From the NCBI GenBank assembly GCA_945906935.1, contig CAMDSO010000006.1, positions 1,498 to 65,497 of the forward strand: DNA of 64,000 nucleotides, given 5' to 3'. A program made the translations under genes and the position numbers. Source of the stretch: Bordetella parapertussis (GTDB lineage Bacteria; Pseudomonadota; Gammaproteobacteria; Burkholderiales; SG8-41). Shown here one piece after another: positions 33,230 through 43,944 of the stretch (positions within the stretch are counted from its first letter, which is position 1; each line of letters opens with the position of its first letter). The notes beneath the pieces were generated by a model. The model had not been told where the DNA came from. It did no database searches and saw only the letters and a list, made by a program, of their open reading frames with translations.

Positions 33230-34168
33230 TCAAGTCAGCGGCGACGGCAGCGCCTGCCCCGCAAAATGCGCGTGCAGATTTGCCAGCACCATCTGCTTGC
33301 GGCCCTCGCGGATTTCCAGCGTGGTCGAACCAACGTGCGGCGTCATCACCACGTTATCCAGCGCCAGCAGCGCCGCAGGCACCTGCGGTTCATCGCGATA
33401 AACATCGAGTCCCGCGCCGGCGATGCGTTTTTCACGCAGCGCATCGATCATCGCCTCTTCGTCGATGATCGCACCCCGCGCCACGTTGATGAGAAAGCCG
33501 TCCGCGCCCAGCGCCTCGAGCACCTTCGCATCAATCAGGTTGCGCGTGGCCGGCGTCAACGGACAAGTCACCACCAGACAGTCGCTCTCGCGCGCCAGGC
33601 TCAACACATCCTCATAGTAGGGATAGGCGATATCGGCCTTGCGCCGCGGCCCCTGATAACGAATCGTCATACCGCAGGCGGCGGCGCGCTGCGCAATGCC
33701 CAGACCGATGCGGCCGAGACCGACGATGCCGCAGACCTTGCCACGCACTTCGCGCCCGACCGGCGGCACCGTGGTGGGCCAGGTGCCGGTGCGCATGTAA
33801 CGATCACATTCGCAGATGCGCCGCATCGAAGCCACCATCAGACCTAGTGCGAGATCGGCCACCGCGCCGGAAATCGAATCGGGCGTATTGGTCACCGGAA
33901 TACCGCGCTCGCGCGCCGGCGCCAGATCGAGTGTGGTGTTGCTGCCAAACAGGGTGATGATTTCCAGCGCCGGCAGCGCCTCGACCTGCTGGCGCGTGAA
34001 ACCGATAATGCCCGGCGTTACCAAGGCACGGATGCGCGACCCGACTTCACGCATCATCTGCGCCGGGTCGGCGGCACTCCACAGGTGATGCACTTCGTAG
34101 GCGGCTTCCAGCGCCGCCATCGCTGGCTTGTAAATCGCACGCGTCAGCAACAATTCGGGTTTCGACAT
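33230..34168 (-). CDS. D-isomer 2-hydroxyacid dehydrogenase
   Basis: GIVGLGRIG, LINVARG, AGLDVY, TPHVGS. Confidence 0.93.
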   Translation of the reverse strand: MSKPELLLTRAIYKPAMAALEAAYEVHHLWSAADPAQMMREVGSRIRALVTPGIIGFTRQQVEALPALEIITLFGSNTTLDLAPARERGIPVTNTPDSISGAVADLALGLMVASMRRICECDRYMRTGTWPTTVPPVGREVRGKVCGIVGLGRIGLGIAQRAAACGMTIRYQGPRRKADIAYPYYEDVLSLARESDCLVVTCPLTPATRNLIDAKVLEALGADGFLINVARGAIIDEEAMIDALREKRIAGAGLDVYRDEPQVPAALLALDNVVMTPHVGSTTLEIREGRKQMVLANLHAHFAGQALPSPLT

Positions 34169-34183
34169 ATTCAGCCGTTTCAA

Positions 34184-35158
34184 CTATTCGCCTTTAATGC
34201 CGGCTTCCTTGATCACCTTGCCAAATCGCACGGCCTCGCTCTGGATGAAACGGGCGAACTCATCCGGCGTGCTGGTCAGCGGTTCGACACCAGCCTGCGC
34301 AAAGCGTGGCTTCATGTCAGGCGCGTGCACCGCCTTGGCCAGTTCGGCATTGAGCCGGTTGATGATTTCGCGCGGGGTACCGGTAGGCGCGAGGATGCCG
34401 TACCAAACGCTGATTTCAAAATTGGCAAAACCCTGCTCTTTCGTCGTCGCCACACCGGGATAATCGGCCAGACGTTCGGGTGACAGCACCGCCAGCGCGC
34501 GCACGCGTTTGGATTGCACCTGCCCGAGCGCCACTGGTGCGGCCACCACCGCCATATCGACCTGACCGCTGACCAAACCAATCAGCCCGAGGCCCGAGCC
34601 CTTGTAGGGCACATGCAGAATATCGAGCTTCTCCAAGTTCTTAAAGAGCTCGGGGGCGAGATGCGTCGTGGTGCCGATGCCTCCAGAGCTGTAACTCAGT
34701 TTGCCGGGTTGCTTGCGCGCGATGGCGACAAGCTCCTTGAGATCTTTCGCCGGCACCGAAGGATGCACCACCAGCACGTTGCGCACAGCCCCAACCAGTG
34801 CGATCGGCGCGAGATCCTTCCACGGATCATAGTTGAGCTTGCCGTAGAGCAAGGGGCTCAAGGCAATCACCGGTGAGCTCAGCACAATGGTGTAGCCGTC
34901 GGCCGGTGCCTTCGATGCGATCTCAAGACCAACGTTGCCGCTTGCCCCGGGGCGGCTATCGGCCACCACCGACTGGCCGACCTGCTCGGACAGCTTCTGC
35001 GCCACCAGACGGCCGACAATGTCGGTCGGCCCGCCCGGCGGGAACGGCATCACCATGCGGATCGCCTTCGACGGATAGGTTTGCGCGAAAGCAGTTGCAA
35101 GCCCTGAGATGAACAGGACGCCCGCTGCCAGAACATGTTTACGCTGTGCAATCAACAT
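34184..35158 (-). CDS. Bug/TctC family substrate-binding protein
   Basis: YPSKAIRMVMPFPPGGPTD, ADGYT, HVPYKG. Confidence 0.93.
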   Translation of the reverse strand: MLIAQRKHVLAAGVLFISGLATAFAQTYPSKAIRMVMPFPPGGPTDIVGRLVAQKLSEQVGQSVVADSRPGASGNVGLEIASKAPADGYTIVLSSPVIALSPLLYGKLNYDPWKDLAPIALVGAVRNVLVVHPSVPAKDLKELVAIARKQPGKLSYSSGGIGTTTHLAPELFKNLEKLDILHVPYKGSGLGLIGLVSGQVDMAVVAAPVALGQVQSKRVRALAVLSPERLADYPGVATTKEQGFANFEISVWYGILAPTGTPREIINRLNAELAKAVHAPDMKPRFAQAGVEPLTSTPDEFARFIQSEAVRFGKVIKEAGIKGE

Positions 35159-35199
35159 TGCTTTCTCCTCCCGCCTCACGCCTTACCCGATGCGCATTT

Positions 35200-35670
35200 T
35201 TAGTAATGCGACTTGAAGCTGATCGCATCGCGATAATGCAAATCCTCCAGATCGATATAGGAGCGCTTGGTTTCCTTGTCGACGGTGTACTGGATTTTGC
35301 GGTTAGTTTCATTACAGGCGCGGATGTCGAGGAGTTCAAGATGTTCCTTGACCTCCCATTCGTGCGCACCGGCGATTCCTGGCGGCGCATAGATCATGGA
35401 GCCGGGCCCGACCTCGGTTTCCTTGCCGTTGAAATCGCGTACCGTGGCATGCCCTGCAATCACGTAATAACAGGCCTCGATCGGGTGCCAGTGCAACTGC
35501 TCGTAGGTGCCGGGCTTGTAAGTGGCGCGCCCCAGCCGCACGCGGTCGGTTTCGTTGACCTCGGGCCAGCCGACCAGCCGCTGATAGGTCTGGCCATCGG
35601 TAACGCCGCGCCGACCCGGATAGTCGGCCTGATTGAGCACCTGCAAGGTTGATTTGATTTCCATTTGCAT
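35200..35670 (-). CDS. cupin domain protein
   Basis: AGGAGG RBS; LHWHPIEACYYVIAG and PGSMIYAPPG..H cupin motifs. Confidence 0.85.
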   Translation of the reverse strand: MQMEIKSTLQVLNQADYPGRRGVTDGQTYQRLVGWPEVNETDRVRLGRATYKPGTYEQLHWHPIEACYYVIAGHATVRDFNGKETEVGPGSMIYAPPGIAGAHEWEVKEHLELLDIRACNETNRKIQYTVDKETKRSYIDLEDLHYRDAISFKSHY

Positions 35671-35891
35671 CTCCTCCTAAATGAACAATTTGGACAGCCC
35701 CGAGTGTAATCAATTCGCGCCCCCAGCGGGGGTCTCCTGCGGTTGGCGGCACGCCCTGAACTTGCGGCATAATCTGCCTGACCGCAAGCCTCAAACACCA
35801 ACCCAAACAGCAGGGCTACCCTGCGTGCAAATGCTAATCACGCGGTTTCTCTGAAATTTGCATGCATCGCCCACGACCCAGGAAAACGCCT

Positions 35892-36716
35892 ATGAATCCT
35901 ATGCTCACGGCGCACGGCGCCAGCATCCCCACCATCGGCTTTGGTACCTCACAACTCGGCGACTGCACGGACGTTGTCGCCACCGCGTTGCAACTTGGCT
36001 ACCGCCACATCGACACCGCCTGGAAATACGGCTCCGAGCAGGGCGTCGGCAACGGCATCAAGAAATCCGGCGTCGCCCGCAAGGATATTTTTCTCACCAC
36101 CAAGGTGTCGCATGAGTATTTGCGCGCCGCTGATTTTGCGCGCTCGGTCGAGGAAAGTCTCAGCCGCCTGCAAACCGATTATGTCGATCTGCTGCTGGTG
36201 CACTGGCCGACCATTGATAAGATCCCGCTCGCAGAAACCATGGACGCGTTGGCCAAGGCGCGGCGCGAAGGCAAGACCCGCTTTATCGGTGTCGCCAATT
36301 TCAACATCGCGCTGCTCGACGAGGCGATGCGCCTGTGTCCCGAGCAATTCTCAGTGCTGCAGGCCGAATACCACCCCTACCTCGATCAAACCAAAATGCT
36401 CGCCCATTGCCGCAGCAAAGGCCTGATCTTCATGGCCTACTGCCCGCTGGCACGCGGCGGTATTTTCAACGATCCGGTGCTCGGCGAGATCGCCAAAGCC
36501 AAGGGCCGCACCATCGCGCAAATCGCACTGCGCTGGTTGATCCAACAGGACATCGTCGCACCGATCCCGCGTTCGGGCGACGCCAAACATATGCGCGAGA
36601 GCCTCGACGTCTTCGATTTCACCCTGAGTGCTGACGAAATGCAGCGTATACACACACTCAAACGCGCCGACGGCCGGATCGCCAACCCTGCGGGGCGCGC
36701 ACCGGCGTGGGATTAA
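35892..36716 (+). CDS. aldo/keto reductase (DkgB-like)
   Basis: IGFGT, GYRHIDTA..Y, TTK, DLLLVHWP, AQIALRW. Confidence 0.93.
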   Translation: MNPMLTAHGASIPTIGFGTSQLGDCTDVVATALQLGYRHIDTAWKYGSEQGVGNGIKKSGVARKDIFLTTKVSHEYLRAADFARSVEESLSRLQTDYVDLLLVHWPTIDKIPLAETMDALAKARREGKTRFIGVANFNIALLDEAMRLCPEQFSVLQAEYHPYLDQTKMLAHCRSKGLIFMAYCPLARGGIFNDPVLGEIAKAKGRTIAQIALRWLIQQDIVAPIPRSGDAKHMRESLDVFDFTLSADEMQRIHTLKRADGRIANPAGRAPAWD

Positions 36717-36756
36717 CGATTTTTCATTTAAGCCCTTTGTAACCCAGGAGCACGGC

Positions 36757-37761
36757 ATGAAATTATTCTTACAACCGACGCGCTACGCAATCGCAACCGC
36801 AACCGTAACGACAACCGTACTCATTCTTGCTGGCTATGCGGTGCCGGCGGCATTTGCGCAGACGGCCTTTCCGTCGCGCAACGTGCAGGTCATCACGCCT
36901 TATCCGCCAGGCGGATCCATCGACGTCATCGCCCGCGCAGTCGCCGTCCGCCTGACTGAAATATGGGGCAAGAACGTGGTCGTCGACAACCGTCCGGGGG
37001 CCAGCGGCATGATCGGCACAGAACTCGCCACCCGCGCTGAGCCCGACGGCCACACGCTGCTCGCACATACCTCGTCATATCCGGCCACCGCCGCCGTGCG
37101 CGACAAACTGCCGTTTGATCCGGCACGTGCCATCGTGCCAGTGGGCATGTTCGCGCGCGCGCCAATGATCCTCGCGATTCACCCCTCGGTGCCGGCAAAA
37201 AGTGTCAAAGAACTCGTCGCTCTGGCAAAAAAAAATCCGAACACCCTAAACTATTCATCCTCGGGCACCGGCGGCAACAATCATTTCTCTGGCGCGTTAT
37301 TTGCCGCGGCGGCGGGCGTCAAGCTCACGCACATCCCGTACAAAGGCATCGCCCCGGCGGTGACGGCGCTGGCCGCCGGCGAGATCGAACTGGTGATCGC
37401 CAGCGCGGCGGCGGTCAACCCGCAACTCAAAGCCAACCGCATTCGCGCGCTCGCTGTGACGAGCGCGGAACCGAGCCCGCTGTTGCCGGGCTTGCCGGCC
37501 ATCGCGCAATCGGGCGTGCCCGGTTACACCTATGAACTCTGGTGGGGGATGTTCGCACCGGCCGGCATCAGTGCCGAGCGTATCGGCGCCATCCATGCCG
37601 CCATCAGCAAAGCGCTGGCAACGCCCGAAATGAAAAAGTTTCTCGATGGCGAAAGTGCCGAAGCCTGGCTGCTGCCGGCGTCGCAGTTCAGCGAACTGCT
37701 GCCGATGGAAATCGAGCGCTACAAAAAAGCGGCAAAGCTCGCCGGCGTCACCGCTCAGTAA
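36757..37761 (+). CDS. Bug/TctC family substrate-binding protein
   Basis: PYPPGGSID, DNRPGASG, PDGHT, HIPYKG. Confidence 0.92.
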   Translation: MKLFLQPTRYAIATATVTTTVLILAGYAVPAAFAQTAFPSRNVQVITPYPPGGSIDVIARAVAVRLTEIWGKNVVVDNRPGASGMIGTELATRAEPDGHTLLAHTSSYPATAAVRDKLPFDPARAIVPVGMFARAPMILAIHPSVPAKSVKELVALAKKNPNTLNYSSSGTGGNNHFSGALFAAAAGVKLTHIPYKGIAPAVTALAAGEIELVIASAAAVNPQLKANRIRALAVTSAEPSPLLPGLPAIAQSGVPGYTYELWWGMFAPAGISAERIGAIHAAISKALATPEMKKFLDGESAEAWLLPASQFSELLPMEIERYKKAAKLAGVTAQ

Positions 37762-37776
37762 GCGCGCTCGCCCAAC

Positions 37777-37809
37777 AAAAAAGCCGCCCCCGAAGGGACG
37801 GCTTTTTTT
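37777..37809. terminator. bidirectional Rho-independent terminator
   Basis: A6-GCCGCCCC-CGAA-GGGACGGC-T7 between convergent genes. Confidence 0.85.
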
Positions 37810-37828
37810 AACACTGCCTGAACGCGCC

Positions 37829-40033
37829 TTAAGCGTGCTTCACGCCCTTGATCGGCTCGGTGCGCACCGGCTTGCCAGTGGCCGCGAAGATTGCGTTCAT
37901 CACCGCCGGCCGCACCACACAGATCGTCGGTTCACCCACACCGCCCCAGAAATCAAAGGTCGGCACAACGACTGTTTCGATCTTCGGCATCGCCGCCATG
38001 CGCAAGACCGGATAGGTGTGGAAGTTATCCTGCACGATACGTCCGTTCTCAACCGTCAGCTCTTCATACAAGAGCGCGCTCAAACCCATCACCGCACCAC
38101 CCTCGACCTGTGCTGCGATCTGGTGCGGATTGACGGCATGTCCGCAGTTGACACCGAGCACCATGCGATGGACTTTCACTTCGCCTGACGGACTCACAGA
38201 CACCTCGGCGGTCGCCGCCGAATAACTAGCGTAGCCCATGAACTGCGCGATGCCGCGAAACACACCGGGCGGCAGCGGTTTGCCCCAGTCGCCCTTCTCA
38301 GCCACCGCATTCAAAACGCCAAGATGCTTGGGAAACTTCGCCATCATCTCACGCCGGAACTCCAGCGAATCCACGCCAGCGGCCCGCGCCACCTCTTCCA
38401 TGAAGCATTCCATGTAGAGGCCGTTCTGGTTGGTATTAACGCCACGCCATGCGCCGACCGGCACGTGGGTGTTGCGCATCGAATACTCAACGAGCAGATT
38501 CGGCACCGCGTAACCCAGCTGCGCATCACCGGGCTTCGAATCAAAACCCTGCAACTGTCGATTATCCTTATAGCCGTCAGGGATCGCCGCCGGATTGACC
38601 CAGGCGTTGATCGACTGCCCGGAGACTCGCACATGCAAACCGACCAGCTTGTTGTTGGCATCGAGCCCTGCGCTCATCTTGCACTGTGAAATCGGACGGA
38701 AGAAGTCATGCGTCATGTCTTCTTCGCGGCTCCAGATCATCTTCACCGGCGTGCCCGGAAACTGCTTGGCGATATCCGTAGCCTGGCGGACGAAGTCCTG
38801 ATTGCCGCCGCGACGACCAAAACCACCTCCGAGCACATGCTTGTAGACCTCGCACTGCGCCAGCGGCAGGCCCGACTGCTCGGACAAGGCCGCCAGTGAT
38901 GCCTCGGCATTCTGCGTCGCCACCCAGATTTCCGCCTTGTCCGCGGTAATACGCGCGGTACAGTTCATCGGCTCCATGGTGATGTGCGGCACAAAAGGCG
39001 TGGTGTAGACCGCATCGACTTTTTTCGCCGCACCGGCAATCGCTTTGAGCGCATCGCCCTCATTGCGGAAGGCGTGCACGTTAGTCGTCGCCGTCAGACC
39101 TTCTTTCAAACGCTCGGCAATGGTCGCGCTTGATTGTTTGGCATTGGGGCCCTCATCCCAGACGATGGGCAGTGCATCAAGGGCTTTCTTCGCATGCCAC
39201 CAGGTATCGGCCACCACTGCGACGGTAAAGTCATTGACACGCACCGCACGCTTGACCCCAGGCAGGCCAGCGATCTTGTCGTTATCGAAGCTAACCAGCT
39301 TGCCGCCAAACACCGGGCTGGCCTTGATCGCAGCATTGAGCATGCCGGGCAATTTCATGTCGATCGCATAGACCAGCGAACCGTCGAGGCGGGCCGGCGT
39401 GCCGATGCGCTTCAAGGGCTGGCCGGCGATTTTCCAGGTACGCGGGTCCTTAAGCTTGATGCTCTTGGCATCGGGCGGGGTCAGCTTGGAAGCCGCCGTA
39501 GCGACCTTGCCATAGGTAGTCGAACGCTTCGATGCCGCGTGCGTAATCACACCGTCTGCAACAGTCAACTCATCGACCGGCACCTTCCAATCCTCAGCCG
39601 CCGCCTGCAACAACATAACCCGCGCAATGGCACCGCCGCGACGCACATAATCTTCCGATGTGCGGATACCGCGGCTGCCGCCGGTGCCCATCTCACCCCA
39701 TACGCGTTTGCGCGCAAGATTCTGTCCGGGCGTAATGAATTCGGTAGTAACGTTTTTCCATGCGCATTCGAGTTCCTCTGCAACCAGCTGCGCCAGACCG
39801 GTCTCGGTGCCCTGCCCCATTTCCGAGCGGGCAATACGGATCACACAGGTGTTGTCCGGCTTGATCACCACCCATGCATTGACCTCGGCACCAGTAGCGG
39901 CCTTGGCGTCCGCTGCGTTGGCAGCAAACGGCAGATGCATACCGATCGCCAGTCCGCCGCCTGCGGCCGCGGTGGAGATCAAAAATTTACGGCGTGCGCT
40001 GTTGGCAAGCGCGGATTTTTTTTGTGTCGTCAT
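37829..40033 (-). CDS. xanthine dehydrogenase family molybdopterin subunit (isoquinoline 1-oxidoreductase beta-like)
   Basis: Tat signal ARRKFL; SEMGQG, LGGGFGRR, WSREED, GGVGEP. Confidence 0.92.
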   Translation of the reverse strand: MTTQKKSALANSARRKFLISTAAAGGGLAIGMHLPFAANAADAKAATGAEVNAWVVIKPDNTCVIRIARSEMGQGTETGLAQLVAEELECAWKNVTTEFITPGQNLARKRVWGEMGTGGSRGIRTSEDYVRRGGAIARVMLLQAAAEDWKVPVDELTVADGVITHAASKRSTTYGKVATAASKLTPPDAKSIKLKDPRTWKIAGQPLKRIGTPARLDGSLVYAIDMKLPGMLNAAIKASPVFGGKLVSFDNDKIAGLPGVKRAVRVNDFTVAVVADTWWHAKKALDALPIVWDEGPNAKQSSATIAERLKEGLTATTNVHAFRNEGDALKAIAGAAKKVDAVYTTPFVPHITMEPMNCTARITADKAEIWVATQNAEASLAALSEQSGLPLAQCEVYKHVLGGGFGRRGGNQDFVRQATDIAKQFPGTPVKMIWSREEDMTHDFFRPISQCKMSAGLDANNKLVGLHVRVSGQSINAWVNPAAIPDGYKDNRQLQGFDSKPGDAQLGYAVPNLLVEYSMRNTHVPVGAWRGVNTNQNGLYMECFMEEVARAAGVDSLEFRREMMAKFPKHLGVLNAVAEKGDWGKPLPPGVFRGIAQFMGYASYSAATAEVSVSPSGEVKVHRMVLGVNCGHAVNPHQIAAQVEGGAVMGLSALLYEELTVENGRIVQDNFHTYPVLRMAAMPKIETVVVPTFDFWGGVGEPTICVVRPAVMNAIFAATGKPVRTEPIKGVKHA

Positions 40034-40050
40034 GATTATTCTCCCCCGGC

Positions 40051-40533
40051 CTAGGCTTTGGCTTTGGCGGCAGCACCGCCTTTGGCCATATCGGCGGCGA
40101 CATGCACGGCCGCACGGATTCTTTGGTAGGTCCCGCAGCGGCAGATATTGGTCATCGCCTCGTCAATATCCTTGTCGCTCGGATTCGGATTTTTCTTCAG
40201 CAAAGAGGCAGCCGCCATCAACTGCCCCGACTGGCAGTAACCGCATTGCGGCACGTCGACTTCAAGCCAGGCTTTTTGCACCGGGTGGGAACTGTTGCGC
40301 GACAGACCTTCGATGGTAACGATCTTGTCCGAGGCCTTCACAGTCGAGACCTGAATGGCGCAGGAACGCCGTAACTCGCCGTTGATATGCACCGAACAAG
40401 CGCCGCACTGCGCAACACCGCAACCGTATTTGGTGCCGGTCAGGCCAACCTGTTCGCGTATCGCCCACAACAGTGGTGTATCGGCTTCGACCTTGACGTC
40501 ATGTGTCCTGCCGTTGATATTGAGTTTTGCCAT
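40051..40533 (-). CDS. (2Fe-2S)-binding subunit (isoquinoline 1-oxidoreductase alpha-like)
   Basis: [29 protein letters not shown]. Confidence 0.93.
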   Translation of the reverse strand: MAKLNINGRTHDVKVEADTPLLWAIREQVGLTGTKYGCGVAQCGACSVHINGELRRSCAIQVSTVKASDKIVTIEGLSRNSSHPVQKAWLEVDVPQCGYCQSGQLMAAASLLKKNPNPSDKDIDEAMTNICRCGTYQRIRAAVHVAADMAKGGAAAKAKA

Positions 40534-40679
40534 GAACCCCTCCGATGATTTGCCTGATTGGCAAGTATTGTTGATCCGGACCCTAACTGACACGGCGGGA
40601 GGCGCTGGCGCCCCTGCGTGTCTTGTCGGAGAGCATCATAGCGCATCCACTGGAGACTGTGCGTCGGCGCGGGGTATAG

Positions 40680-42059
40680 TCAGGCTGCCAGCAGAACGGC
40701 CAGTTCAGCCGCATCGCCGAGCGCTTCGAGGTGGGTAATCATGTCGAGGGCGCGTTCGACGCGCGGCGCATCGAGCACCATGCCGGCGCATTCGCGAAAC
40801 TTGGTGACCACCTCAAGATCGCTGAGCGGACGCTCGCCGGCGCCGCGAAATTGCGCGACCCGGGTGCTGAGGGTGCGCCCATCGCGCAGGACGATTTCCA
40901 TCACCGCCGGGGCGGCGATCGCATTGACCTTACCGCGCAGCGCCTCGCGGCTCAACTCCGCCGGCACCACGGTCTTCACACGTGCCATCAGCGCACGCAC
41001 CGCCGGATCCTGCACTTTCTCATCAGAGAACTGCGCCAGCCCCATACGCCGGTCGATGATCGCGCGCGCCACACAATAAGGAATACTGGTGCGCCCCTGC
41101 AGCCCGGTCTGCGGATTAACGTGAAACACCGTCTCTGGAATCAGGTAATGCACGCCGCAGCGGATCTCCTCGATGTCGTCCGCCTTCAGGTCATGCGCAG
41201 TGGCCAGTTCAAGCGCACAATCGATCGGCCGCTGCAATGGAAAACCACAGGGATAGAGCTTGAGATACAGGTTGGGCCCGAGCAGCGCGAAATCGCGACC
41301 CAGTGTTGCCATCGCCGCGTCGAGCTTGGCGGTACCGATGCCGTAGAGATTACAAAATCCCATACGGCTTTCGAGGATCGCCGGATCGGCGGTGAAGCCG
41401 CGCTGTGCGAGCAAAGCGGCGGTAATGCCGTTGCGCGCCGCAACACCGGAGTGAAACGCCTGCATCATCGCGCCAAAATTCTGCCGCGAACCGGCGGCTA
41501 GTGAAGTGGCGATCCCGAGCGCCATGCGCACGCGCTCCGCATCCAAGCCGAGCAAACGACAGGCCGCCGCGGTCGCGCCCATGGTACCGACGGTGGCCGT
41601 GGCATGCCAGCCGCGTTCGTAATGATCGGGGCCGATCGCCGGACCGAGTGCCGCTTCGAGTTCGAAACCGACGATATAAGCTTCGAGTAGCGCCTGCCCG
41701 GAAAGATGCCGTGTTTCGCCGAGCGCCAGCAACACTGGCAACAGCGTGGCGGTGGCATGCCCCGGCATGATCAAACAGGTGTCTTCGTATAACAGCGCAG
41801 AGGACAACATGCCGTTGGCCAACGCAGCGTCAGGGGCAGAGGTTCTAAGGTTGGTGCCGACCACCGTGGCCTGCGGCGCGCCGCCGCAGTCGCGAATGAA
41901 ATCCAGCAATAGCGCACTGGAGGAATATTTGGCACCGGCGATCGCACAACCGATGCAATCGAGCAGTGCGGTACGCGCACGCCGCAGCGCCTCCTGCGGC
42001 AGATCCTGCGTCTTCAACGAGGTTACAAATTGCGCTACAACATCCGTTGCACCCATCAC
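40680..42059 (-). CDS. MmgE/PrpD family protein
   Basis: LLDCIGCAIAG, AALANG, GH, GWHAT, KLYPC. Confidence 0.9.
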   Translation of the reverse strand: MMGATDVVAQFVTSLKTQDLPQEALRRARTALLDCIGCAIAGAKYSSSALLLDFIRDCGGAPQATVVGTNLRTSAPDAALANGMLSSALLYEDTCLIMPGHATATLLPVLLALGETRHLSGQALLEAYIVGFELEAALGPAIGPDHYERGWHATATVGTMGATAAACRLLGLDAERVRMALGIATSLAAGSRQNFGAMMQAFHSGVAARNGITAALLAQRGFTADPAILESRMGFCNLYGIGTAKLDAAMATLGRDFALLGPNLYLKLYPCGFPLQRPIDCALELATAHDLKADDIEEIRCGVHYLIPETVFHVNPQTGLQGRTSIPYCVARAIIDRRMGLAQFSDEKVQDPAVRALMARVKTVVPAELSREALRGKVNAIAAPAVMEIVLRDGRTLSTRVAQFRGAGERPLSDLEVVTKFRECAGMVLDAPRVERALDMITHLEALGDAAELAVLLAA

Positions 42060-42242
42060 TGTCTCCGTTTGAATTTGAATTTGCAGACCGGAGCAGCATA
42101 AAGGAGTGTCATGGCCGGCTTCCCAGGGGCCGAAGCATAGCGTATCCGTTCACCGTGCGGCAGGCGGACGGATACGCGGAACGGATGCGATCCGTGTTGA
42201 TCGCGGGCGGGTTGTGTGCCCGCGCGTATCCTGCCTTATGGA

Positions 42243-42455
42243 TTATTTTGCTGGCGCATCCTGGTCAGCTTTCTTGCCACGGCCTTTCCACCAGATCATA
42301 GCGATAAAACCAAATGAACCACCAAAAAATATCAACGCAAAAACGGCGATACCAACCCAGTTCATTTCAGTCGGAATCGGCGCATCTTTGACGTCTTCGG
42401 CAAATGCCAGACAGGACCAGAAAAAAGGCAGCAGGCATGCGATAAGCTTTGTCAT
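42243..42455 (-). CDS. small exported single-pass membrane protein, unknown function
   Basis: GGAG RBS; signal peptide ending AFA, one TM helix, basic tail. Confidence 0.7.
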   Translation of the reverse strand: MTKLIACLLPFFWSCLAFAEDVKDAPIPTEMNWVGIAVFALIFFGGSFGFIAMIWWKGRGKKADQDAPAK

Positions 42456-42608
42456 GATGAAACTCCACGACTTGGCGTCGAACACAAGTCGAATACATTG
42501 AAAGAAATTGCCTGCGGCTAACAGCCTGGACGCAGACCCGACACCGCCTATGATCGCGCGCAATCCTTACGGAGGGCTTACGCCCGCGGCAGTCGGGCCA
42601 TCGACCGG

Positions 42609-43928
42609 CTAGAGCGAGGCGACGATAGTGCCGTGGCAGTCGCCAAAGCCGATCGCGGCAAAACCCTCGCGCCGCGCCTGTGCGCGCAAGACCAGCTCGT
42701 CACCGTCTTCAAGATAGGCGCGCTGTTCGCCCGAGGCTAGCGTGAGTGGTTGCCTGCCATCAAAACTGAGTTCGGCAAAACTGCCATAACCGCTGGTATC
42801 CGGAGCTGAAATGGTGCCGCTACCGAACAAATCGCCGGGCTCGAGATTGCACCCACCGCAAGTGTGATGCGCGACCAATTGTGCCAGCGTCCAATACAGA
42901 TGCCGCGTATTGGTCAGCGAGAGGCGTTGCGCAGGCATTTTTTTTGCGCGCATTGAAGGTGTCAAAATCAGCGCCTGGAGCTCGATATCAAACGCACCGC
43001 TTTTTTGATCTTCATCATCCCACAGATAATCGAGAGGACGCGGATCACCTTCTGGCCGCGCCGCCTGTGCGATACGGAACGGCAGCAAGGCCTCGGTTGT
43101 GATGATCCATGGCGAAACCGTGGTGCAGAAATTTTTCGCCAGAAACGGCCCCAGCGGCGCCGACTCCCAACGCTGAATATCGCGCGCTGACCAATCGTTG
43201 AGCAAACACAGTCCCGCCAGCTGCTCGCCGCTCCGGCCAATCGGCACCGGCTCGCCAAGCGCGTTGCCGGAAGCGATCCACATACCCAATTCGAGCTCAA
43301 AATCAAGTTTACGGGTAAGCCCAAAGGCCGGCTGATCAGGCACCACATCGGTTTGACCGTGTGGACGCCGCACCGGAAAACCCGACGCCCGCACACTCGA
43401 CGCGCGGCTGTGATACGCCACCGGCACGTGTTTGTAATTCGCTGCCAGCGGCGGATTTGCATTTCTGCGCAAACCGCCGTTGGTGGCGTGATGAACACCG
43501 GCGTAAAAATCGGTGTAGGCGCCGATGCGCGACGGCACATACAACACACAACGCGCCGCATCGTGCAGCAGGGTCGATGCGATTTTTTGCGCGGCCGCGT
43601 TATCCGTGCCTTCTCCGGAGAGCAAAGCAAACACACGACGGCGCAACGCGCGGCGCGGCTCTGCGCCTAGTGCCAGCAGCGGGTTGAGCGTCGCGCCAAT
43701 CGCGGCTGCGGCAGCGGTTTCGGCTGCACTGCTAAACAAACCGGCGCCCAGCGCCGCCTTCAGATCAAAAATCGAATCCCCGATCGCGATACCGCCGCGT
43801 GGCGCATTTCCATCGATACTGAATATACCCAGCGGCAGGTTCTGCAGCGGAAAGTCGCGGTGCCCCTGCGCCGTGGCCACCCAGCTCGTGCGTTTAGGGT
43901 CATGGGTTTCGTCAAGTTCTATCTTCAT
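42609..43928 (-). CDS. fahA: fumarylacetoacetase
   Basis: FPLQNLPLG, YTDFYA..HA, YHSRASS, LDFELE, NDWSARDIQ, PLGPF, GSGTIS. Confidence 0.9.
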   Translation of the reverse strand: MKIELDETHDPKRTSWVATAQGHRDFPLQNLPLGIFSIDGNAPRGGIAIGDSIFDLKAALGAGLFSSAAETAAAAAIGATLNPLLALGAEPRRALRRRVFALLSGEGTDNAAAQKIASTLLHDAARCVLYVPSRIGAYTDFYAGVHHATNGGLRRNANPPLAANYKHVPVAYHSRASSVRASGFPVRRPHGQTDVVPDQPAFGLTRKLDFELELGMWIASGNALGEPVPIGRSGEQLAGLCLLNDWSARDIQRWESAPLGPFLAKNFCTTVSPWIITTEALLPFRIAQAARPEGDPRPLDYLWDDEDQKSGAFDIELQALILTPSMRAKKMPAQRLSLTNTRHLYWTLAQLVAHHTCGGCNLEPGDLFGSGTISAPDTSGYGSFAELSFDGRQPLTLASGEQRAYLEDGDELVLRAQARREGFAAIGFGDCHGTIVASL

Positions 43929-43944
43929 CAAGGTTCCTTGAGTT

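Noticed and set aside
33141-33232. Two segments resembling type I-E repeat ends (AAGCGGGATAAACCCG and CCCCGCGCACAAGCGGGAAT)
   Set aside because: Spacing is 78 bp rather than about 61, similarity is partial, and the nearby cas genes are type I-C
35690-35870. Short hairpins between the cupin and aldo/keto reductase genes, a possible riboswitch
   Set aside because: No known aptamer consensus recognised; stems are short for GC-rich DNA
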